Assembly: GCA_947630015.1 (NCBI GenBank)
Contig: CANRFY010000008.1
Location: 5,976-69,975 of the forward strand
Source of the DNA: an uncultured Clostridia bacterium
GTDB taxonomy: Bacteria > Bacillota > Clostridia > Oscillospirales > CAG-272
Length of the DNA stretch: 64,000 bases
Direction: 5' to 3'
A program made the translations under genes and the position numbers. Below are positions 10,464-19,713 of this stretch, in pieces; the stretch's first letter is position 1; the number at the start of each line of letters is the position of its first letter. The notes beneath the pieces are model-generated. The model did no database searches, had not been told where the DNA came from, and saw only the letters and a list, made by a program, of their open reading frames with translations.

Positions 10464-10819
10464 TGCGACCGCTCCCTGATGTATTCCTCGGCAAGGCGCG
10501 ATATCAGCGCCTCATGCTCATCGCGTTCGTCGGTCTCGGTCTCCGCGTCCCCGTCTATATACGACATGACGAACGACGCCTCGTCCGGCGTCGCCATCGG
10601 TATCGATCCCGATATTCCGTCGCGCGCCGAATCCGCCGATATGACGCCTCCCGCCATATACGATGCGGCGGCGCAGAGCGCCACCGACAAAATCGCGCGC
10701 GCCGCGTCGACGCCGCCGCGTTTTTTCGGCGATTTGCGTTCGGTCCGCCGACGTCCCGTCTGCTCGTACCATTCGCCTCTCGGATCAGAACTCTGCATAA
10801 AGCGCCTCCGCCGGATCAA
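10460..10819 (-). CDS. Small single-TM protein in SpoIVFA position
   Basis: Basic N-terminus, one TM, acidic tail; 4-nt overlap with the M50 gene; start uncertain. Confidence 0.55.
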   Translation of the reverse strand: MIRRRRFMQSSDPRGEWYEQTGRRRTERKSPKKRGGVDAARAILSVALCAAASYMAGGVISADSARDGISGSIPMATPDEASFVMSYIDGDAETETDERDEHEALISRLAEEYIRERSH

Positions 10820-10838
10820 GAAATGTTTCCTCAGCAGA

Positions 10839-10864
10839 ATTTTATGCGCCGATTTACGGGATGA
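10839..10864 (-). promoter_or_regulatory. SigE-like promoter
   Basis: TCATCCC...CATAAAAT on the minus strand upstream of the spoIVF-like pair. Confidence 0.45.
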
Positions 10865-10876
10865 TTCCGAAAACGC

Positions 10877-10907
10877 GAAAAAGCGGCGTCTAAACGCCGC
10901 TTTTTTT
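10877..10907. terminator. Intrinsic terminator
   Basis: AAAAAGCGGCGT-ctaa-ACGCCGCTTTTT. Confidence 0.8.
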
Positions 10908-10919
10908 GCTGTATCGGAT

Positions 10920-12095
10920 TCAGTTATTGTATGTGCCGGACAGATCGGCGACCTTTGACACGACGTCGTCCTTGATCTTGGACGTCTTGATCTTCTCCTG
11001 GAGATACGACCAGAATTCCTCGCCGTCGTTCGGAAGCTCGACCCAGTCGTTTTTCCATGTCGAGAGCATCATCGCGTTCGAGATGGAAAGTCCGCGTATG
11101 CCCTCCTCGCCGGGAGCGATGAGCGGCGTGCCGTGCAGGATATGATCGGTGAAGTTCTGGCAGATCTCGGTATGAGCGCCGCCCTGCCCTTCGACCTCGA
11201 CGTCGATCACTTCATACGGGATCTTGCCGAATCCGTTGTCCGTCGTCGCGTTATATTCGCGCTCGTCTACCTCGGTGCGGTAGAATTTGAGGCCTTTGCC
11301 CTCGCGGACAAGCTTGCCGCGCGTGCCGGAAATTTCGAGTCTGTTCGTCCCGGGGTATTCGCCCGTCGTCGTGATGAACACGCCCGTCGCGCCGTTCGGG
11401 TATTCGGCGTAAGCCGTCACGTCGTCCTCGACCTCGATGTCGTGATACTGACCGAAGCGGCAGAACGCGCGAATGCGGCACGGCATTCCGAATATCCACT
11501 GCCACAAGTCGAGATTATGCGGACATTGATTGAGCAGAACGCCGCCGCCCTCGCCGGCCCATGTTGCGCGCCATCCGCCGCTGTTGTAATATGCCTGCGT
11601 ACGGTACCAGTCCGTGATGATCCAGACGCAGCGCTTCAGCTCGCCAAGCTCGCCGTTCGCGATCATGTCGTGCATCTTCTGATAATATTTGTCCGTGCGC
11701 TGGTTGAACATGAGGCCGAACGCGCATCCCGACTCGTGAGCCGCCTTGACGAACTCAGGGATCTGCTTTGTGTAGACGCCGATCGGCTTTTCGCAAAGCA
11801 CGTTGATGTGGCGGTGGAACGCCTCTATGCCGAACACGGGATGCAGATAATGCGGAACCGCGATCAGTATCGCGTCGATCTTTCCCGATTCGAGCATCTT
11901 GATGCAGTCGTCGAACATCGCGGGCGCGTCGACGCCCTTTTCGGCGCAGTATGACTTTACCCATTCAAGACGGTCGGGTTTGATATCGCAGACAGCGGTC
12001 AGCTCCGCGTCCCTGACCTCGCCGCCTATAAAACGGCGAACGTGTCCGGAACCCATGTTGCCGATGCCGACAATACCGAATCTTACCTTTTCCAT
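10920..12095 (-). CDS. Gfo/Idh/MocA family oxidoreductase
   Basis: GIGNMG Rossmann motif, CEKP, GGGVLLNQCPH. Confidence 0.93.
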   Translation of the reverse strand: MEKVRFGIVGIGNMGSGHVRRFIGGEVRDAELTAVCDIKPDRLEWVKSYCAEKGVDAPAMFDDCIKMLESGKIDAILIAVPHYLHPVFGIEAFHRHINVLCEKPIGVYTKQIPEFVKAAHESGCAFGLMFNQRTDKYYQKMHDMIANGELGELKRCVWIITDWYRTQAYYNSGGWRATWAGEGGGVLLNQCPHNLDLWQWIFGMPCRIRAFCRFGQYHDIEVEDDVTAYAEYPNGATGVFITTTGEYPGTNRLEISGTRGKLVREGKGLKFYRTEVDEREYNATTDNGFGKIPYEVIDVEVEGQGGAHTEICQNFTDHILHGTPLIAPGEEGIRGLSISNAMMLSTWKNDWVELPNDGEEFWSYLQEKIKTSKIKDDVVSKVADLSGTYNN

Positions 12096-12208
12096 TTTTT
12101 ATCCTCCGATATTTTGTGTATCGTGATCATTACACTAAGTATACAACACTCGCGGATAAATGTCCATACTTTTTTGTCATTTTCCGTCGCGATTAGCGCG
12201 GCGGGATT

Positions 12209-12394
12209 CTCGGGGCGCTGCCCCGCACCCCGCTTAAGAAACTTTCCGCAAGCGGAAAGTTAGCAGATGCCTCGCATCTGCCGCCGCTAAGAATCCATTC
12301 AAAACTTTCCTGACAAGTGTTATGTGGCAAGTGTGTTTGCCTCTGCTCCGCACGTTTGTATGCTGACGAAGTAGTCGCGCGAGCGCGAACACCG
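12209..12394 (+). repeat. Repeat family copy 2 (variant A with two hairpins, plus B)
   Basis: CGGGGCGCTGCCCCGCACCCCG, AACTTTCCGCAAGCGGAAAGTT, GCAGATGC-ctc-GCATCTGC, CGAAGTAGTCGCGCGAGCGCGAACACCG. Confidence 0.9.
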
Positions 12395-12500
12395 CCTCTC
12401 GCGTCGCTGCCGCGTTATGCGGGATTGCAGTCGTTATGTAATTATCCTGCAAGCTGACGCGGGGATCGCAAATGCGACCCCCGCGTTTTTTCGGAGTTTA

Positions 12501-15197
12501 TTATTTTCCGAAGACCTTGAATTCGTATATTGTCGGCACGTACCATGACAGCGTCTCATTCGTAGTTTCTTTTCTTATGACCGATGTCACATCGAGTCTG
12601 ACGTATCTGTATTTGCCGCTTACGATCGGCGAGGTGAATCCGAACGTCTTTGTCACTCGCGTATCCGAGAGCGACGAACGATCGCATATCATCTCCCAGT
12701 TCTCGCCGTCGAGGCTTCCGTAGAGCTTATAGAGATAGTAGCCCTCGGAACCCTTGTAAATATACCACGATATCTGCACATTCGTGATATCATGCGCCTC
12801 GCCGAGATCGACCGTGAGCTTGAACGGTCTGAACTGTCCGTTCGTATTGCCGATGAACGCCGTAGTGTAATCGCCGTCGACTGCGAGCGACGCGTCGCCG
12901 TCGTCGGTGGCGGGAACGGACGATTCGATCGGCGCATCCTGCGACAGAAGATGTCCGTATGTCACGGGGATCATCTCGCCCGTTTCGGAGTTATAGAGGA
13001 TCTCGGGGAAATAATCGTAATATGCGCATCCGTGCGAGAATGTGATCGGCGCAAGCATCGTTCCGCTTATTCCTGCACCCTGCACCTGTCCCCATCTGTA
13101 TGCGTGCATTATGTAGTGCGCGTTCTCGCCCTCTCCGATCTTGAGTATCCAGCTCGACTGAGATGCGAACGTGGACGTATTTCCTATCGTGCGCAGCTCG
13201 CTCCATCCCTCCTTGAGGTTATCGGATACTGCGTATGCGCCCTGCGTCGGATACCAGCCCGCCGTCTGCGATACGAAGAAATAGTACAGCCCGTCGATCT
13301 TGACTATGTTCGGCATCTCGCGGTACATCTCGGGGAACATACGCGCCGTTACCTCTTCGATGTCTGTATAATCGTCGGTGAATTTGAACACGTATGTCGT
13401 CGCGTTTGCGCCGCTGTCGACGCCGGGCTTGTTAGCCGCCGCGAGCAGATATGCGGTCTCATCGTCGTCGATGAAGATCGACATATCGCGGACCTCGACG
13501 CCGAGCGGATTCCAAATGTTCTGGAGCTTAAATTCGCCGCCAGGTGTTCCGGTGACGAGGAACAGCTTGCCGTTCGTATAATCGATGCCGTTTTCCCAGT
13601 GAGCAGCGATTATGACAATGTTCTTAGATTTGATGTACGCGGTCTTGACGCTCTCGATGCGGCAGCTCTTCATCAGGCTGTGAGCGCTGGAGTCGACGAC
13701 GACTCTTGCGTCGCCGAACGCGTATCCGTCGTCGGACGATCTCTCAGATACGCTCGCCGCGCCGTTCGTTACATTGACGGAATAGCTGTAATACTTTTTG
13801 CCGTCGAATATATCGGCGCGCGTATGGAGGTTTGTGCCGGTCTGGTTGTTGATCGTATAGAGCTGCGTATCCGGCAGCGCGCGCGTCGTCGCCTTTACGG
13901 TGTCGCTCGATATTACGGTGCTGCCGTATTTGAGCTTGACGGTGTATTCATGCTCGCCGAGTGTGACGCCGCAGTCATGCCACGACGTTCCCTTGCCTGT
14001 ATAGACCGTTTCGCCGTCGCGCGTGATCTCATATCCGTCAGCTTCGAGCGTCGAACCCCAGTTGAGCGCCACGCAGTCGACGTCGCCGACCTTCGTTCCG
14101 CGGCGGCTGTATTCGCCCGTCGCGAACGGCAGAGCGGTGAGCGGGATCACCGCGGACGCGTCCATCGAATAGACGCGTATCTCGGCGAGGTTGCACGCGC
14201 CCGCCTTTTCAAATTCGATCTTGGTGTATGCGCCCGTAGTCAAAATATCGCCGTAGAGCTTCACCTCGGAGACGCGCGCCGTCGGCGCTTCCGTCACCTC
14301 CCAGATCAGATCGCGGGAGCCGTCCTCGCGGACGCCGTAGAATTTGCCGCCGACCGCGCTGTTGTCGCTGATGAATGCGATGCCGCCGACCGTATACGTG
14401 CCGCCGAGATCGACGGCCGCTGGAGACGTGCCGCTCGCCAAGGTCGAGGGATTGTTGTCGACGAGCGCCGCGTCGTCGGATTTAAGCTCGAGCTTCGTCA
14501 TGCCCTGATCCTCGGGGATTATGGCGAAATCCTCGTATGTTCCGTCGGCATAAAGCTCGCGGTCCGGCTCGACGATCACGTCGGTGGGAATGTTTTTCGC
14601 CGTATAAATCTCAAATTCGGCGATATTCGCGCAGTCGCGCGTGTTCTCGTATTTTATGTAGCGGAACGCGGCGACGCTCTTGAATTTCGTATAATCGACG
14701 GTGGTTTGACGCATCGGCGCCGAGCGTATCTGATAAATGAGCGTCCAGACTACGCCGTCGACGCTGCCGTAGAACGTGCCGTTAAGGCGCGATTCATATC
14801 CGGAGCGCGGCGCGAATCCTATCTTGCCTATGAGCATACGCTCGCCGAGATCGACCTTGATCCAGCCGTTCTCGACGCCGTCGAAGAACGTGGACACGTT
14901 GCCGTCGAACGCCTTTGCCGCCACGTCGGAGCCGTTGTTGTACGGCGTGGACGAGGTGATCATGTCCTCGGTCACATCGATCTTTGTGTATTCGACGTCG
15001 CCGTCAGGTTCGGGATACGACATCTGTTCGGGCTTTTTGCCCTCCGGCCACGCCGGAGCTTCATCGAGTATGTTCGGATCGTCAGCCGATGTGCCGCCGT
15101 CCGTTTCGGATGCGCCGCCGCGCGGTCCGCACGCGAACAGCGACGCTGCCGTCGCCACGGTAAGAAGCGCGGCGACAATACGATAAAACGCTTTCAT
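12501..15197 (-). CDS. Lipoprotein with a GH43-like (exo-beta-1,3-galactanase-like) domain and F5/8-type C (CBM32-like) domains
   Basis: LFAC lipobox; AFDG....FFD..WI.VDLG discoidin motifs; RDMSIF.DDD, REMP, GWYP, SQ beta-propeller motifs; GGAGGG RBS. Confidence 0.75.
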   Translation of the reverse strand: MKAFYRIVAALLTVATAASLFACGPRGGASETDGGTSADDPNILDEAPAWPEGKKPEQMSYPEPDGDVEYTKIDVTEDMITSSTPYNNGSDVAAKAFDGNVSTFFDGVENGWIKVDLGERMLIGKIGFAPRSGYESRLNGTFYGSVDGVVWTLIYQIRSAPMRQTTVDYTKFKSVAAFRYIKYENTRDCANIAEFEIYTAKNIPTDVIVEPDRELYADGTYEDFAIIPEDQGMTKLELKSDDAALVDNNPSTLASGTSPAAVDLGGTYTVGGIAFISDNSAVGGKFYGVREDGSRDLIWEVTEAPTARVSEVKLYGDILTTGAYTKIEFEKAGACNLAEIRVYSMDASAVIPLTALPFATGEYSRRGTKVGDVDCVALNWGSTLEADGYEITRDGETVYTGKGTSWHDCGVTLGEHEYTVKLKYGSTVISSDTVKATTRALPDTQLYTINNQTGTNLHTRADIFDGKKYYSYSVNVTNGAASVSERSSDDGYAFGDARVVVDSSAHSLMKSCRIESVKTAYIKSKNIVIIAAHWENGIDYTNGKLFLVTGTPGGEFKLQNIWNPLGVEVRDMSIFIDDDETAYLLAAANKPGVDSGANATTYVFKFTDDYTDIEEVTARMFPEMYREMPNIVKIDGLYYFFVSQTAGWYPTQGAYAVSDNLKEGWSELRTIGNTSTFASQSSWILKIGEGENAHYIMHAYRWGQVQGAGISGTMLAPITFSHGCAYYDYFPEILYNSETGEMIPVTYGHLLSQDAPIESSVPATDDGDASLAVDGDYTTAFIGNTNGQFRPFKLTVDLGEAHDITNVQISWYIYKGSEGYYLYKLYGSLDGENWEMICDRSSLSDTRVTKTFGFTSPIVSGKYRYVRLDVTSVIRKETTNETLSWYVPTIYEFKVFGK

Positions 15198-15306
15198 ATT
15201 CCCTCCGAAAATGTGTATTTTTTTATGAACATCTACCATAAATATATCATCGCGGCCGCGATTTGTCAAGCATAATATTGACGCGCAGAGGCTCTATATA
15301 AAGCGT

Positions 15307-15338
15307 AAAACGTCCCCGAGGCAAAGCCTCGGGGACGT
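15307..15338 (-). terminator. Intrinsic terminator for the minus-strand MATE transcript
   Basis: ACGTCCCCGAGGC-ttt-GCCTCGGGGACGT followed by TTT on the minus strand. Confidence 0.75.
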
Positions 15339-15506
15339 CACAATGTCAAAGGGATAGGCATAATCGCCGATCGTTATTCACCGTGCAGATCGTCTAAAGC
15401 CCGTTTGCGTTCATCCGGCGTAAGGCGCAGCTTCGGGTACGGAAGAGTTTTGTAGTTCAAGGGCTTGTGTTTTCCGTTTTTCACGATAAACGCGGCGCGG
15501 CGCCGT

Positions 15507-16892
15507 TTATTCGATCGCGGCGCTGAGATACCGCTTCTCCCACGGCGCGAATTTATAGTAAAGAAGCATCAAAAGCGAGCAGACCGCCCATCCCGTCGGA
15601 TACGCGAATGTGATCACCATCTCCGACATCGGGAAAATGCGCGTCAGCACGAATAAATACAGCTGGCGGAACGCGACGAACGAGCCGAGCATTATCAGCA
15701 TCGGCGCGCGCGATTCGCCTGCTCCGCGAAGCACGCCGGCGAGTATCTGATTTATGATGCAGAGTATGTAGAACGGCGATATCCAGCGCAGGAAATGCAC
15801 GCCGTAATAGCGGTACATATCGGTTCCCTGCTTGCTCAGAAAATACACAAGTCCGTCGGCGAAGATGATGATCGGGATGACGAGGACGACGGTCAGCACA
15901 ACCGACAGCACGATCCCCGTCATAGCGCCGCGCCGTGAACGCTCCGGCTGTCCCGCGCCGTAATTCTGCGCCACAAACGTAGTGACCGCAAGCGATATCG
16001 ACTGCATCGGCAGCATCGCGAACGCGTCGATCTTGTTGTACGACGTCCATCCCGCCATGCAGTCCTCGCCGAACGCGTTTATGTACGACTGAACGAACAC
16101 GTTCGAGAACGCCGTGATCGCAAGCTGGATCGCGGTCGGTATTCCTATCCTTACTATGCGCGTCAATATGGCGCGGTCGATTCTGAGCTTGCGCCATTCG
16201 ATCCTGTACGCCGATTTCACGACCGTAAGCGCGATCAGGATGAAGATCGCCGACATCGCCTCCGCGATGACGGTAGCGAGCGCGACTCCGTCCGCGCCCA
16301 TGTGGCACACAAGCACGAAGATCAGATCGAGCGCTATATTCGTCAGCGCCGAGATTATGAGCGCGACGAGCGGCAGCACCGAGTTGCCGATCGCGCGCAG
16401 GATGCCGGAGCCGATATTGTAAAGCATCAGTCCCGACAGCCCGAGGAAGTAGATATAAAGATAGATTTCGGCGTCGTGTACGACTGAATCCGGCGTATCC
16501 ATGAGCGAAACCATGAACGGCACCGTCACCGTGCATATCGCCGTGAATACTACGCAGAGAATGAGCGATACCGAGATCGTCGTCGCAACGGTGTCGGAGA
16601 GGCGCTTGTCGTCCTTCGCGCCGGAATAATGGCCGATAACGACGCCCGCGCCCGTCGCAAATCCGGAGAAAAATCCGATCGCGGTATTCAGTATCGGGCC
16701 GACGCTTCCGACGGCGGCGTATGCAGACTGCCCCACATAGTTTCCCACGACCCATGAGTCGACGGTGTTGTAAAGCTGCTGGAACAGGTTGCCTATCAGC
16801 ATCGGGATCGCGAACATTATGAGCAGGGACGTTATGTTCCCCTTTGTCATATCCATGTCGGAGCTGTGCCGGCGATGCGATTCTTTAACCAT
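15507..16892 (-). CDS. MATE family efflux transporter (start uncertain)
   Basis: DMTKG..., FAIP..GNLFQQLYNTVD, LRA.G.S..P, QN.GAG motifs. Confidence 0.93.
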   Translation of the reverse strand: MVKESHRRHSSDMDMTKGNITSLLIMFAIPMLIGNLFQQLYNTVDSWVVGNYVGQSAYAAVGSVGPILNTAIGFFSGFATGAGVVIGHYSGAKDDKRLSDTVATTISVSLILCVVFTAICTVTVPFMVSLMDTPDSVVHDAEIYLYIYFLGLSGLMLYNIGSGILRAIGNSVLPLVALIISALTNIALDLIFVLVCHMGADGVALATVIAEAMSAIFILIALTVVKSAYRIEWRKLRIDRAILTRIVRIGIPTAIQLAITAFSNVFVQSYINAFGEDCMAGWTSYNKIDAFAMLPMQSISLAVTTFVAQNYGAGQPERSRRGAMTGIVLSVVLTVVLVIPIIIFADGLVYFLSKQGTDMYRYYGVHFLRWISPFYILCIINQILAGVLRGAGESRAPMLIMLGSFVAFRQLYLFVLTRIFPMSEMVITFAYPTGWAVCSLLMLLYYKFAPWEKRYLSAAIE

Positions 16893-17070
16893 TTGCTTAT
16901 ATATCACGTACCTTTCGGCGCGTCCGGAGGACGCTCTTTGAGCAGGAACAAGTATAGCACAATCCGACATAAAATGCAATAAGATACGTGTGCGCGGGAG
17001 AATTTATGTTTTGACAAATTCGCGTCGGACTATTGCAATTTTTCCGTTATTGTGCTATAACTATCGCAAT

Positions 17071-17102
17071 GATGTTCTTGATAACCATCTAAAAAACAAG
17101 GA
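17071..17102 (+). ncRNA. preQ1 class I riboswitch
   Basis: GATG-TTCTTGATAAC-CATC stem-loop, A-tract TAAAAAA, then CAAG able to pair with loop CTTG (H-type pseudoknot) and overlapping the AAGGA RBS; lies just after a TTGCAA/TATAAC promoter and before a VUT gene. Confidence 0.8.
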
Positions 17103-17112
17103 AGTACCGGCT

Positions 17113-17928
17113 TTGAAAAAGATCAACAGAATAACTGACGCCGCAGGCGCGCCGACCGAGCAGGCTTCATGCCGCAAAACAATCCCCGCATTCGGACTCA
17201 AACGCGAGCTTTACGAATTCAAGCTCCTGATGCGTTCGATCCCGTCGCTGATGACGACGATGTTTATCATGTCTGTCGTCATAATGAATCTGCTCGCAAA
17301 CAAGAGCATTTCGCTTCCCTTCGACTGGCTCGCCCTTGACTGCGGCATCATCGTTTCGTGGATCTCGTTTCTGTCGATGGATATAATCACAAAGCATTTC
17401 GGCCCGAAGGCAGCGACGGAAGTGTCGCTCGCCGCCGTCGCCGTCAATCTGTTTGTGTGCGCGCTTCTGTATCTGTCGAGCATCGTACCCGGCGTATGGG
17501 GCGAATCGTTCGTCGAACATGGCAGCGACGCCATAAACGCCGCGCTGAACAATACGTTCGGCGGCACATGGTATGTGCTGCTCGGCAGCACGATCGCGTT
17601 CGCGTCGTCCGCCGTCGTCAATAATTTCGTAAATTACGCCGTCGGCAAAACGATGAGAAGCGACGGATTCTTTGCGTATGCGTGCCGCTCGTATGTTTCG
17701 ACCGCGATCGGACAGTTCACAGATAATATCGTCTTCGCGCTGATCGTAAGCCACTTTTTCTTCGGATGGTCGCTTTTGCAATGCGTGACGTGCGCCGCGA
17801 CGGGGATGGTCGCCGAGCTTCTGTGCGAGGCATTGTTTTCTCATCTCGGCTATACGGTATGTAAAAAATGGAGCGAGGACGGCGTCGGCGCCGAATACCT
17901 CGCCCTTTCAAAGGAGAGATCGATTTGA
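17113..17928 (+). CDS. VUT (YhhQ-like) queuosine precursor transporter
   Basis: N.LANK, D.ITK.FG.K.A and ST.IGQF.D..VF motifs; multiple TMs; TTG start 10 nt after the riboswitch RBS. Confidence 0.82.
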   Translation: MKKINRITDAAGAPTEQASCRKTIPAFGLKRELYEFKLLMRSIPSLMTTMFIMSVVIMNLLANKSISLPFDWLALDCGIIVSWISFLSMDIITKHFGPKAATEVSLAAVAVNLFVCALLYLSSIVPGVWGESFVEHGSDAINAALNNTFGGTWYVLLGSTIAFASSAVVNNFVNYAVGKTMRSDGFFAYACRSYVSTAIGQFTDNIVFALIVSHFFFGWSLLQCVTCAATGMVAELLCEALFSHLGYTVCKKWSEDGVGAEYLALSKERSI

Positions 17929-18590
17929 CTGCCGCAAACAGACCGCGAGCGCTCATAACGGGATCGAGCCGAGGCATCGGCCGCGCGGCGGCGGAGCTTT
18001 TCATTTCGCGCGGATATGACGTCGTCGGCATCGACGCGCTGCCGCCGTCGATCTTCTGCGGCGCATATACGCATTACATTTGCGATATCGCAAATGACGA
18101 GCTGCCCGATCTCGGCACGCTCGATATAATCGTAAACAACGCCGGCGTGCAGGATTCGGGACGCGATATCGACGTCAATTTGAAGGGGACGATCCGCGTC
18201 ACCGAAAAATACGCGTTTTGTTGCGGTGTCAGAAGCGTTTTGTTCATCGCGTCCGCGAGCGCCTCGACTGGCGCGGAATTTCCCGAATACGCCGCGTCGA
18301 AGGGTGGCGTCGTCGCATATATGAAAAACATCGCGCTGCGGCTCGCGCCGTCGGGCGCGACGGCGAACAGTCTGTCGCCCGGCGGCGTTTTGACGGAGCT
18401 GAACGATCACGTCATAAACGATCCCGCGCTCTGGTCAAAAATTATGGATGAAACGCCGCTTCGCAAATGGGCCGACGTCGGCGAGATCGCGGAATGGATA
18501 TATTTTCTGACCGCCGTCAATAAATCGATGACGGCGCAGGATATCCTCGTCGATAACGGCGAGGCCGCAAGATCAAATTTCATCTGGTAA
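17925..18590 (+). CDS. Short-chain dehydrogenase/reductase
   Basis: TGSSRGIG, NNAG, YAASK; AAGGAG RBS; TTGA overlap with the VUT stop. Confidence 0.92.
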   Translation: MTAANRPRALITGSSRGIGRAAAELFISRGYDVVGIDALPPSIFCGAYTHYICDIANDELPDLGTLDIIVNNAGVQDSGRDIDVNLKGTIRVTEKYAFCCGVRSVLFIASASASTGAEFPEYAASKGGVVAYMKNIALRLAPSGATANSLSPGGVLTELNDHVINDPALWSKIMDETPLRKWADVGEIAEWIYFLTAVNKSMTAQDILVDNGEAARSNFIW

Positions 18591-18591
18591 A

Positions 18592-18715
18592 TAACGAGCA
18601 GCACAACGGCTGACACACTCGCCAAATAACTATTGTAAGGAAAGTTTTGAAGGGATTCTTAAGGGGAACTTTTTCAAAAGTTCCCCTTAAGCGGGGTTTG
18701 GGGCAGCGCCCCAAA
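18592..18715 (-). repeat. Repeat family copy 3 (reverse orientation; A plus degenerate start of B)
   Basis: Reverse complement TTTGGGGCGCTGCCCCAAACCCCG-CTTAAGGGGAACTTTT-ga-AAAAGTTCCCCTTAAG-AATCCCTTCAAAACTTTCC. Confidence 0.9.
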
Positions 18716-18732
18716 TTACACTATCCACAATC

Positions 18733-18762
18733 AAAAACGGGGACGAGAGGTCCCCGTTTTTT
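18733..18762. terminator. Bidirectional terminator
   Basis: AAAAACGGGGAC-gagag-GTCCCCGTTTTT. Confidence 0.85.
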
Positions 18763-19517
18763 CAGTCATGCACGTTATCGGATGTGTTGAAAGTGACGTA
18801 ATCGCACGGGTCGACGTTTTCGCCCGCGATTTTGAGTTCAAAATGGAGATGAGGTTCGTCCGCTATCTCATAGAGCGCGCTCTCCCCTACCGTGCCGATA
18901 ACGTCTCCCGCCGCAAGCTGTCTGCCGACGAGCGAGGCGTCGTTTGATTCCGGCGACAGGTTGCGGTAGACGGTCACGGCGTCGCCCTCATGCGACACCG
19001 TAATGCATACGCCCCAGAACGGATCGTCCCACACCTCGGATACGACGCCGGCCGCCGCCGCTCTGACGTCGGCTCCCGCCGACGTCGCCACATCGACGCC
19101 CGTATGCGTCCTGTAATCGTCCATCGTCAACGAATATACAAGCACGCTCCCGCTGTGTGCCTTAGATACGACGCCGTCGACGGGCGAGGTGAATTCCGGC
19201 AGCTCCGACGGCGCGTCGACGTCGTCGACGCCCTCGCTCTCTTCCGGCTGCGTGTCAGCAGGCTTTGTCTCTGCCGGCTCGCGAGTGTCCGTGTCAGGCT
19301 TGACGACGGGCGCGTCCGTCGTGCGTCCGTCCGGATCATGCTCGGCAGTGTCGCGCGGCGCCATCGCGTGCGTGCCTTGGTCAGTCGTTCCCGCGTCCGG
19401 CGCGGGACGCGCGCGTCTCGACGCGACGCCTAAAACGACTACGAGCGCCGCCAGCACCGTTAGCACAAGTATCAGCGCGGCATAAGCCGCCCTGTTTTCG
19501 TATTTCTTGTTTTCCAT
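18762..19517 (-). CDS. M23/LytM peptidase with N-terminal TM, SpoIIQ-like
   Basis: HTGVD and HLHFE motifs; upstream SigF-like promoter. Confidence 0.85.
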   Translation of the reverse strand: MENKKYENRAAYAALILVLTVLAALVVVLGVASRRARPAPDAGTTDQGTHAMAPRDTAEHDPDGRTTDAPVVKPDTDTREPAETKPADTQPEESEGVDDVDAPSELPEFTSPVDGVVSKAHSGSVLVYSLTMDDYRTHTGVDVATSAGADVRAAAAGVVSEVWDDPFWGVCITVSHEGDAVTVYRNLSPESNDASLVGRQLAAGDVIGTVGESALYEIADEPHLHFELKIAGENVDPCDYVTFNTSDNVHD

Positions 19518-19558
19518 AATGTAATAAAACTCCCTTTTCAGATTTTGCTTTGCAAGCT

Positions 19559-19588
19559 TATAATTGCCACTCGGCGCGTAATTTATTC
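19559..19588 (-). promoter_or_regulatory. SigF-like promoter
   Basis: GAATA-15nt-GGCAATTATA on the minus strand. Confidence 0.6.
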
Positions 19589-19713
19589 AGAGAAACGCGC
19601 GGCGCGCGCAAAAAAGTTGCCGCCGACGCCTTCGCCGATAAAGCTTGACATGACGGCGGCGCGAATGTATAATCATATTTGAGCAGGCAAAAAGCATTTT
19701 CTGAGGTGGAATT

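Noticed and set aside
12234-12452. Short ORFs over repeat copies (also 24626-24934, 37888-38112) sharing peptides such as TFRLRKVS
   Set aside because: They are translations of the non-coding repeat; frames and starts are not conserved between copies.
12792-15275. 827-aa plus-strand ORF and other long antisense ORFs (e.g. 1944-3344, 29325-30587, 32823-34073, 34123-35406)
   Set aside because: They are antisense shadows of well-supported genes, expected from high GC and codon bias; they show no recognisable motifs.
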